This document shows positions 38,662-49,485 of a stretch of 64,000 nt of DNA, piece after piece. Numbering within the stretch: the stretch's first letter is position 1; the number at the start of each line of letters is the position of its first letter. Source of the stretch: Lepidodermella squamata (taxonomy: Eukaryota; Animalia; Gastrotricha); assembly GCA_047495785.1 (NCBI GenBank), contig JBLDXI010000017.1, positions 2,356,001 through 2,420,000 on the forward strand. The letters run 5' to 3'. The notes under the pieces are model-generated. The model did not search any database. It was not told where the DNA came from and saw only the letters and a list, made by a program, of their open reading frames with translations. Made by a program: the position numbers and the translations under genes.

Positions 38662-41090
38662 ATGCCGCAGACTGAAAGCCGCGGAACATGGGGAAATCGG
38701 TTCGAATTTTTCCTATCGACTCTGGGCTACTGTATAGGATTAGGCACCCTAACTCGTTTCCCTTATGTTGTTATGCGAAACGGAGGCGGAGCTTTCCTAA
38801 TTCCTTTCACGATTCTGATGATCATTGGCGGAGCGCCTTTGTTCTACCTGGAGCTTTTACTGGGTCAATTCAGCGGCCGTAGCCCGATGACAATGTGGAT
38901 AATATGTCCAGCCCTGAAGGGTATTGGCTATTCGATGACGTTGTTGACGTTCTTCGCCTCGATTTACTACATGCCGTTTACGTGGTCAATGGTCTACCTT
39001 GTCGCAAGTATGAATTCCGATGTGCCATGGAAAACTTGCGATAATTCGTGGAATACGCCGCGTTGTGCTGATAATATCAATGAAACGTTAGCCAGCACAA
39101 CGAGCTTTGCGCAGAAAAAAGTAACCCCAGCTGAGGAATTCTGGAAGTTAGCTTTTCCGTTACTCGACTTGAATCACGCTAATTTCCTTGTGTTTATAGC
39201 GAATATGTTCTTGGAATTTCCCAGTCGAGTGGAATCAGTGATTTAGGTGATATTCGATGGCAGCTTGCGGTTGGCCATCTAGCGACTTGGATACTCGTAT
39301 TCCTCTGCTGTATGAAGGGCACAGCCTCGTCAGGAAAAGTGAGATGATAATTTTGTTCAAATCTCTTCAATGTTCCGCTATTTCTAGGTTGTCTACGTGA
39401 CTGCGACCTTACCCTACGTTTTACTGACCATCCTCGTCATTCGGGGTGTTACACTACCTGGTGCCGAAAAGGGTCTCCTATTTTTCATAACCCCCAAGTT
39501 CGAAAAACTGCTCGACACCAGTGTATGGATTGAAGCCGCCATCCAAACTGCCTTTGAACTCGGACCTGGTTGGGGGACATTGATCACAATGGCGTCTTTC
39601 AACAAATTTAAACACAAATGTTACAGGTTGAATTTCGATCAATTCAGTCGCCGATAATTTATCAAATTTTTTTACGCAGAGATGCTATTGCAGTACCATT
39701 ATTAACACTTTTTACCGCATTGTATGGTGGTGTTGCGGTATTTTCAGTCCTCGGTAAAAAAAATCTAGCAATTACAGCAACATATGTAGATTTCTTCTCT
39801 AAAACAGGTCATTTAGCGGATAAATATGGCGTCGAAGTAGAAGATATAGCTTCAGGTGGTCCCGGGCTTTCATTTGTCGCATATCCGGCCGCCATTGCTG
39901 AGCTACCGATTTCCCCGTTATGGGCTATAATATTTTTCCTGACGCTCATAACCGTGGCTATTGACAGCCAGTTCGCGTCATTCGAAACATATGTCAGCGG
40001 TTTCCTCGACTTCTTCCCAGAGCTGCGACCTTACAAGGTCCTGATATCAGCCTGTTTCGCAGCTTTTTGTTTCCTAGTTGGATTGCCACTTTGCACAAAC
40101 GTAAAACATAAAAGTTTCGATTAAATTTGTTTAAGGAAATATTTTTTTTAGGGTGGAATGTATTTATACCAAATGTGAGAGTTTGAAAGTTTTATGTTAT
40201 GTTTGACATTTCGAAATTGCGTTTAGACTCGATTGGTACGCTGCTGCCTTAACGTTCACAGTTTGCGCGTTTTTGGAGGTCATAATTGTTTGCTATATTT
40301 ACGGTATTTTTTTGTTGAGTATAAATGATTTATCGCTAAAAATTATTCCTCAGGACTGAAACGTTTTTTCAGCGATATCGCTCTCATGTTCGGCTCGTCG
40401 ACAAATTACGTGGTCGGATTTTGCTGGTTGGTGATGTCTCCTGCCTTGATGGCGGTAAGTAATTCGGTGTTGCCAATAAAATTTCCAAGGCGATAATTGT
40501 CATAAAAATTGCTTATCTTGCGACAACCTTAGTTGTTGATAGGCGGTCTCACATTCAGCAAAGATAAAACCATTTGGGTCGAATATTAAATGATTATATT
40601 ATTCATTAGTGTGTACTATTTACTTGGCTCGATATGAACTCGTTTCTCGTTTTTGCTGTACATATTATATAGTTCATGACTTTCTATGGACTTGCGAATT
40701 TGCAACCGCCTAATTACGATTACACCAACTACACTTACCCAGACTGGGCAATAAGCCTCGGATGGTCAGTTGCTGCACTATCGTTCGTGCCTACGCCTAT
40801 TTTCTTTGTATATCTTATCGCGAGAAATGTCAGATCTCGCAAGGTAAAGAGCTGTCATTCATTATTGTATTTCGTTGATATACAGCCGATATTTACGTAT
40901 AAAACAGACCTTCTTGCAATGCTTCACGCCAACTGATGGGTGGCTTCCGAATGATCCGAGCCTTGTCGACGATTACAAAGCGCGGTGGTACACATCGAAA
41001 AAACAAGTCGTTGTTATGGAAGAAAAATTCGCGATACCAATGGCTTATCTGCCGGCTCGAAATTTCATCGAAAATTCCACTCGATTTTGA
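38662..41090 (+). CDS. SLC6/NSS family transporter, paralog 4 (9 introns)
   Basis: [35 protein letters not shown]; [18 protein letters not shown]; TLFTALYGG; AIDSQF; ends ENSTRF*. Confidence 0.92.
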
Positions 41091-41218
41091 TGATTTGTTT
41101 AGCTTTCAATTTCACCCCATTATTGCCTTTCACAAAAGTTATTGTTTTTGTTTCTCAACATATTTCTCATCATTTTTTAGGGCCTTCGTCTTGCGAGACG
41201 AGGCTGTTTTTTATTAAC

Positions 41219-43825
41219 ATGACAGCGAGTAAAGACGCCGCGGAGAAGAAACCTCCAAAACGCGAGCAATGGGGCTCGAAAGTCGAATTTTTCCTCGCAA
41301 CGTTAGGCTACAGCGTAGGCATGGGAAGCCTAACCAGGTAAACCAGCCCTCTACCCGAATTTCGAGCTTGACCAGGTTTATTTCTGAAGATTTCCGTACT
41401 TGGTGCTGAGAAATGGCGGTGGAGCGTTTTTGATACCTTTTGCTATAGCTATGATGGTTGTTGGAGTTCCGTTATTCTACCTCGAAGTCATTCTAGGCCA
41501 GTTTAGTGGTCGAAGTCCCATGACGATGTGGGCGCAACTCAGCCCTGCTTTAAAGGGGATCGGATATTCCATGACAGTAGGATTGATAATTTTTTCCCGA
41601 TCGATTTGAAAAACGATATTTTTGCAGTTGTTAACTCTTGTTGCTTCATCGTACTACATGCCTTTCACCTGGTCAATGGTATATCTTGTCGCCAGTTGTA
41701 ATTCCGATGTTCCATGGAGAAGTATGTTGAAATCAGTTGTCAATATCTGATATTAACTAACCCCCAAATAGCTTGTGATAACGAATGGAACACCCCAACC
41801 TGTGCCGAGCGTTCTGTGATGAATAGTTCCTTAGCAAACACGTCATCAACAACCACAGATATTTATAATCGACCAACTTCACCCGCGGAAGAGTATTGGA
41901 AGTGAGCCCTTCAGTTCCTTTTTCGATATTGGAAAATCTAAATTTAATGGAAATTTAGTGAATTTGTCCTGGACATATCGCGTGACGGCCTTTCAGATCT
42001 TGGCTCTCTCAAGTGGTATCTAGTCGTTGCACATTTCTCAACTTACTTTCTGGTATTCCTATGTGTGATCAAAGGAACCGCTTCGGCGGGAAAGGTTGAA
42101 ATCCACCTTATTTTACTCCAAGTTTTTAATTTTTGTTTAAATAAGGTTGTGTACGTTACGGCAACTCTGCCTTACGTTTTGTTGACGGTGTTATTGGTGC
42201 AAGGGATAACTTTGGAAGGCTCCCTCAACGGGATAATTTATTTTCTTGAGCCCAAGTGGGAAAGGCTAGGAGACTACAACGTATGGCTTGAAGCTACGAT
42301 TCAAGTCGTCTTCCAACTTGGTCCGGCGTGGGGGTCTTTAATTACCATGTCTCGTTACAACGATTTCCATCACAAATGTTTCCGCGAGGCTATTGTCATT
42401 CCCATCGGCAATCTGTTGACAGGTATGCTTTGGGATTTTCAGGTTGAATACCTTATTTTACCAATTTTTACAGCAATTTACGGAGGATTGGCAATATTTT
42501 CCGTGCTGGGTTACATGTCTGTGAAATATAATGTTCCCATTGAGGAGGTCGCTCAATCCGGACCTGGTCTAGCTTTTGTAGCCTACCCTGAGGCCATTGC
42601 GACTCTACCAGTATCACCGCTATGGTCAATCATATTCTTCCTAATGTTGATTACCGTCGCTATCGATTCGCAACTAGCTTTTTTCGAGACTGTAGTCAGC
42701 GGCATAGCAGATATGTTTCCAAAGCTCCGGCGATGGAAAGCTCTAGTCGCAGCATGTTTAGCCATGTTCTTGTTCTTAGTTGGCCTTCCCTTGTGCACAC
42801 AGGTTCGATTTTTGAGAATGAGCGCAATTATTCCTATTAAATTTATTTTTTTGATTTTAGGGTGGAATGTACGTCTATGTGATGTAATTTTCCCACAATT
42901 TCTCTCAGCGAGACATATAAATTAGTTTTTTTCTTACAGACTAGACTGGTATGGAGCTGTTTTGACATTCACATTAATCGGATTTTTAGAATCTGTTACA
43001 ATTGCCTATATCTACGGTAAAGCTGTCCTATTTCCTATGGGTTTACAAAATAATTTTGGTATTCTAGGGTTGCGAAGATTTTTCAACGACGCAAAATTGA
43101 TGTTCGGATCACCGCCCAATCCGTTCATAGGCTTAATTTGGTTTTTTATAACTCCTCTTGTGATGGCGGTAGGTTAATTTTCGAGTAAGGTTCCTTCTCT
43201 CATCGATAATTTTTCAGGTCATCGCGTTTATCGGCCTGTGGAACCTTGACACTCCTTCTTATCCTTATACGAATTATACTGTAAAGATATTTTTTGAAAT
43301 ATTTTTGAAAAAATATCTACTTGATTAAAATTAGTATCCAGATTGGGCGATAATTATGGGGTGGTGTATCGCTGTCTTCTCGTTTTTACCTGTCCCGGCT
43401 GTATTGATTATAACGGTGATACAAAATGAGGGAAATCTTAAAAAGGTAAGATCTTTCCGGTTCAAATTTCTGCTAATACAAGTTTTCATCTTTAGAGCTT
43501 TTGGCCGACTGAAAAATGGGTTCCAGCCAAGCCGGAGGAAGTGGAACCTTATCGGAATCGCTGGTACCGTAAACCGACAGACGTCTACAATAATCTACCT
43601 GGCCAGGAGGCCTACGAAGACGTGTTTTGGGACTATTTTCTATGCAACAGTCGAGCGAGGAGCGAACAACTCTTCGGCGGCCGTTCCCAGCCGCCTCCAC
43701 CAGCCTACGAAGACGACAGTATTAACGTGGTCATGTTTAACAGCGACAATCTAAACCTCCACGGGCAACCCGTTATGTTAAAGTTTCCACACAAAGGAGG
43801 GGCGGACTCTTCAACTGCTTTTTGA
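41219..43825 (+). CDS. SLC6/NSS family transporter, paralog 5 (12 introns)
   Basis: MTASKDAAEKKPPKREQWGSKVEFFLATLGYSVGMGSLTRFPY; VWLEATIQVVFQLGPAWGS; AIDSQL; ends DSSTAF*. Confidence 0.92.
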
Positions 43826-45866
43826 ATTTGGACTTGATGTCCTATTTCATATTTATGTATCCAAAGGTGCCAATTTATTTGTTGAGAGCTATTTTTAGAC
43901 ATCAGATTATTTATTTTATGAGAAGCTTGTTAAATGCTTTTCAGTGACCTAATGCGGCGAATCTTCCACGCGTTTTCTATAAAACTTTGTTCAATTCATC
44001 ATTTTTTGCCTGTATTTGAAGAAATCCAGCACGAACGTAAGTTTCAGTACGTGCCGGATCAATGTCAATATAAAGAAAACATTTCAATGGTTGCGAAAAA
44101 AGCAGCGGGTGTGTGAGGAATGAAAAAAAGTTCTTTGTGGAGTTCTGGGACGTTCTCGGTTGAAAATAACCACAAAAGACGCAAGTCTTCAGAAAAAATG
44201 GGAAAAAATCCAGGAGAATTTACTAAGCCTTAAGCAAAGCCGCTTGTACGGAATTATGTGTTTTACCGCTTCAATCTTATTTGAGATTATTATTTGTTCA
44301 GCCGTTATGAAGAAATAAAACAGCGAGATCCAAGTCACTGACGAATATGTAAGATTTTTATATCATTTTGTAAAATAGCGCTGTGATTTTCGGATGTTTA
44401 AATGACCTGCAGTCATTATCATTATTATTTCATGCCGCATCAATTCTCAGATTAATCCCACCCGATTTCTTTTCACTTAACGCCGATGGCGCTATCGATT
44501 TTTTAGACAGTTTTTCACGGACGCGAATAAACATCACTTGAATTTTCAGCGGTTGAGTACGCGTTAAAACGAAGCCACATCTTCATTAAGGAGCAGGTAC
44601 GTTGTGTAATTGAAAACCGCGTCGAGATTAGCTCATTTTCATCTTACGATTTTTGCTAGCTGTCAGCAAAATTTGTAGGGCAAATTTAAATATGACCGAT
44701 AGCATATGTTTTACGCTCGTGGAATATAGATAGACACGCGCGCAGCATGTGTGTCTGTCTCTGTCCAGTTAAACTGAGATAATTCTACCATTTGAACTCA
44801 ATTTATATCATAGCCATTACGTAATATTTATTAGATGGAGTAGGTCCGGCCATGGGTCGTAATTATTGCACTGGCTACATCGCTTGCGTCATTTATTAGT
44901 ACCATAGCCGTCGTCTCATCGCCGAGACTGGCTTTTTGAGTTACTGCGTCTCAGTCTATGGGGTCATTGATGACACCTGTAAATGCATCAATAGCTAATT
45001 GAGTTCTGAATTACACGCCTGAATTCACGCCGTCTCGGCGTTTTCAAGTTTAGGTTTTAGTGTAAAATTTGCGTATAAGAAACGGGGCTGCAGATCAATT
45101 AAAAAAATTGACCGACATTATGAATTCTAGCGCTACCAGTCAATGCCAGTAAATAATTCATGCAGTTTTGCAGTCGCGAAAAAAACAGGTAATATCAACG
45201 CCTATTTTAGATATTGATTATTACTACGCCACGTGGCTGCAGCAGTACTTCTTAGCATGAAGTATTATATAATCATAAGGCGGGCCTAGCATCTATGTAC
45301 CTGGCCATGCTGATATATACCTCAATGCGCGCTTTTGTATAGTACCTACCCATGTGCTGGCCACACTGCTATACGTAGAAAATGTATACAAGCATTTTTA
45401 TGACGAATCTCGTTCATCTTTTCACTCGCATATTATTCATTGCTGCGTTCTCGCTACCGGTACTGAATTGCACAGCCGCGCCGATATCTGCATATTACTA
45501 CTTGGTTAACAAGTTTATCGTACTATCGAGTCTCGCCTTTCTAGTTCAATCGCTGCAATGTCTGAATTTTTTGCTCAAAATTTGCTGTTGCATTCGTGAT
45601 ATCGATTTTTTCTTAGCGTTGCGACGTTATCGATTTATTTTTGTCTGAAAGAGGATGCATTCATTTCTGACGCGCAAAAAGTCGGTCATTTTTTTCATTG
45701 CTATTTAGTCAGTTATATATAAACCGGCATTTCTCTCAGAAAAAATGCGTCTCTAAATTGCATAACCTGTTTTTTACGCAAACTTGACGATTCATATTTT
45801 TTTTGGAATTCTGCTCTAGATTTTGTTGCATCTCGATTTTATGATAGTACGGATAGGCAAGAGGTG

Positions 45867-48413
45867 ATGAAGTTGAAAAAGCGTGGCGACCGGGGTGACG
45901 AGATGGACGACGACGACCCGGTCGTCCTGATGTCGCAAAACTCGAAAGAGCGAGAGACATGGAAAAATTCTGTCGAGTTTTTCCTGGCAGTTCTCGGCTA
46001 TTCCGTTGGCATGGGCACATTAACAAAATTCCCCTACGTTCTTCTAAAGGTAAAAATAATTTTTTCCTCATTTTGATGAAATTGACGATATATTTTTTGA
46101 ACAGAACGGCGGTGGAGCATTTTTGATTCCGTTCACTATTGTTTTGATAATCGGTGGCATTCCGCTATTTTATCTTGAAGTGATTCTTGGCCAATTCAGC
46201 GGTCGCAGCCCGTTGACTCTTTGGGTCCTTGTGCCAGGTAATTTTCGCCTCTTCTAGAGAAATTTTAGAAAAAATATCAATTTTCCCTACAGCTTTTAAA
46301 GGCATCGGCTATTCGATGACCTTGGTTACATTCGTCGCCAGTATCTACTACATGCCTTTCACATGGTCGCTTGTGTATCTTGGCGCTAGTTTTAGCGGCA
46401 GTAACGTGCCGTGGGCTACTTGTGACAATTGGTGGAACACCGAGCGATGCGTTGATCGAAACTTTCAATCACCGAATTTTACCAGATCAACAGAAAATTT
46501 CACTCAGCTAAATGACAATTGGACCATGTCGGCAAATTCTTCAGCTTTGAGGGGACGAGCTGTCTCGCCGGCGGAAGAATTTTTCAAGTAATTCTCAGAA
46601 TTTATCGTAGTTTTCAAATATTTTGAATTTTTAATTTACAGTGAATATGTGCTCGATATATCTGACGGTATTCTAAGCATCGGAGGGCTAAAATGGCACA
46701 CAGTTCTGGCTCATGCGTTAAGCTGGGTCCTAGTATTCCTGTGCAGCTTCAAGGGCCACATTTCAGCTGGCAAGGTATTTCCGAATTATATCAATAATTT
46801 TTATTTTTTTTCAATTATTTTTTATGATATTAAGGTTGTGTACGTAACGGCTACTTTGCCTTACGTATTGCTGACAATTCTACTGATCCGCGGGCTCACG
46901 TTAGAAGGCGCCTGGGATGGCATTGTGTTTTTCCTAACCCCTGATTTCTCGAGATTACGACATGTTGGCGTTTGGATTGAGGCCGCTATTCAAGTTGTGT
47001 TCCAACTGGGCCCGGCTTGGGGCTCTTTGATCACCATGTCTCGCTATAACGAATTCCACCATCGCTGTTATCGAGAAGCAATAATCATACCGATCGCTAA
47101 TCTCTGCACTGCGATTTACGGTGGGCTAGCAATATTCTCCGTCCTCGGCTTCATGGCCCATCGACAGGGCGTGCCGGTTGCCGAGGTTGCCAACAGCGGC
47201 CCGGGCTTGGCGTTCATCGCCTACCCTGAAGCCATCGCGCAGCTGCCCTTCCCTCCAATCTGGTCCATAATATTTTTCCTCGTTCTTGTCACAGTCGCCA
47301 TCGATTCTCAATTCGCATTTTTCGAAACTATCGTCAGCGGTTTAACGGACATGTTCCCGAAATTGCAGCGCTACAAAATCCCAGTTTCAGCCGGATTTGC
47401 TATCGGTCTTTTCCTTCTCGGTCTGCCATTGTGTACTCAGGTATAAATTTCAAATAATTACTTGAAATTATTAAATTTCATCCTATTTTCTAGGGTGGAA
47501 TGTATATATACCAACTGCTTGATTGGTATGGAGGCTGTATAACCTTCGTCACCGTTGGATTCCTCGAAAGCATAGCAATTGCTTATATTTATGGCTTGAA
47601 ACGGTTCCGTTACGATGCTTCTCGTAAATTAATTATCAAATATCGAATGCCTATCGCTTATCATTTCTGTTTTAGTTCTCTTCGGAAAGCCTCCTAATAC
47701 TCTCGTTACAATTGCTTGGTTCGCTGTCACTCCAGTATTAATGACGGTAAGTCAGGGAAATTTTTAAAAATTTCTTTAATTTTGGATTTAATTAGATAAT
47801 GACCTTTTTCGGGCTCTCTAATCTGGAGATGCCTGATTACGATTACACCGGTTATTCGTACCCGAAATGGGCTGTTGCAGGTGCTTTGCTAGTCGGAACG
47901 TTCTCCGTTTTGCCTATTCCTATCACTTTCCTCTTTGTTTTCATCCGAGCGAAAGGCTCGCTGTTGCAGGTAAGAACGAAAGTCTATTCTAGCTCAATAA
48001 AAAAATATTAAGGAGGATTTTTTAATAATTCAATTTTTATTTTCCAGCGCATTCGAAAAATCTTCAAGGCGACTGAGGAGTGGCTGCCGTCAAAGCCCGA
48101 GTTGGTTGAAGCATATTACCAACGCTGGTACGCGAACCGGCCGAGCAGTGCCAAGGATAAGCCGATACTTGACCGGTTGCGCAACTTCTTCCTCGATACA
48201 TTCGTGCGAGATTTGTATAGCGAAGATACGGCACTTCTGCGAGAGAACAAAAGCGAAGAAGTATTCGCCTGTGAACAAGACGTGCTAATGGCGTCGACGA
48301 ACAACTCGAGTGATGGAATCAGCGGCAAGTCTGGCATGACGACGGTGATGATGAAAAGCAATGATCTCGATAAATTCTCAGCTAAATTGAGCAATGGTAA
48401 TCACGTTGTGTAG
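45867..48413 (+). CDS. SLC6/NSS family transporter, paralog 6 (8 introns)
   Basis: MKLKKR...RETWKNSVEFFLAVLGYSVGMGTLTKFPY; [19 protein letters not shown]; NLCTAIYGG; AIDSQF; ends NGNHVV*. The start could be a downstream Met. Confidence 0.92.
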
Positions 48414-49239
48414 CGACTAATTTCTGCATATATATAAACATTTGAAACTCCTATCTATACGCTTTTCTTTCAAGCACGCTGCTTTCTGCAGATGGCAAAA
48501 AAGATTTATGATAATTTTTTTCGATACGCCGGTGGATGTGAACCTTGATAATTTAGTCTTTTCATCATTATTAGTTCCTAATCAATTTTCGTGCGATTGA
48601 TGTCTGATTCCTCGCATCACTTCGTAGATATAGCCAATTCATTCACTCTTCACTTTGCTGATTTATATGACAATTTCGTGTGACCGCGTCGGAAAATACG
48701 TGAAGTGAAATATAGCGGGTTTTTTCCCCTTTGATCGGGATGAGAACGATAAGGCGGCTTGCTCACTTGCCATACCGAATGAATTGCGCTGGTTTTACCG
48801 TTATATTTTTAACAACAAAAAATTGGATCTTGGTCCGCGAAACTCGCGTGACGCTTCACTGCTATCTGTACTCAGTGTGTTCTGTTGAATCTACCTGAAA
48901 AAAGGTGTGATGTAAAACAAAAAATGTGGGATCTTGAGTTTGATTTCTCTGGAGGCATATTGCGTTGATCTATATTACATACATATTTTTATCAACTGCG
49001 ACAATCTTCTGCCATAATATTTTGTTCTGAGGTTTGTATAGTTGACAAAGTTTTTGATTACATTGAAAAGATATTGAAATTTGCGTTGTGGCGTGAAGAT
49101 TGAGTAGTAGCTTTTCTATGAAAACTTCAAGAATTCGCAAACGCAGCAATATGAGCACTTCGAATACAGAAAACGAGATGAAAAATAAAACGAGAAATAT
49201 TTTGACCGTAATTCTGGCCCTTTTATTCACGAACTGTGG

Positions 49240-49485
49240 TTACAACTCGCCATCGCCACTGGTTTTGTATTGCATGTAAGCGATCGAAGCAGACCAGTAA
49301 GCCAAGCACCCGACAACGAAAATCACAATATCTGATAAGAAAATGAATGAAAATAAATAGGGCAAGGTTGGACGAAAATTCTCACAAAATATGCGCCTTT
49401 CCCATTCTTCGAGCACGTATAACCCACTTTCTACCTCGAACGACCAACGTAAGCGTTGGACGGCGCGCTTCAGGTATGACAGCAT
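49240..49485 (-). CDS. SPTSS: Serine palmitoyltransferase small subunit (ssSPT), 63 aa, two exons (49485-49386, 49331-49240)
   Basis: FEVESGLYVLEEWERRIF matches the ssSPT signature LYMLEPWERxxF. A 54-nt GTGAG...TCAG intron follows the Phe, then a hydrophobic segment. Minus-strand AATAAA at 49227-49222. Confidence 0.8.
   Translation of the reverse strand: MLSYLKRAVQRLRWSFEVESGLYVLEEWERRIFCENFRPTLPYLFSFIFLSDIVIFVVGCLAYWSASIAYMQYKTSGDGEL

Noticed and set aside
45882-45899. Double RGD in the N-terminus of SLC6 paralog 6
   Set aside because: The SLC6 N-terminus is cytoplasmic, so it cannot act as an integrin ligand.
27278-48413. SLC6 copies as pseudogenes, suggested by fragmented ORFs and mutated motifs
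   Set aside because: Every break is explained by a GT-AG intron, and all six splice into complete reading frames without stops or frameshifts.
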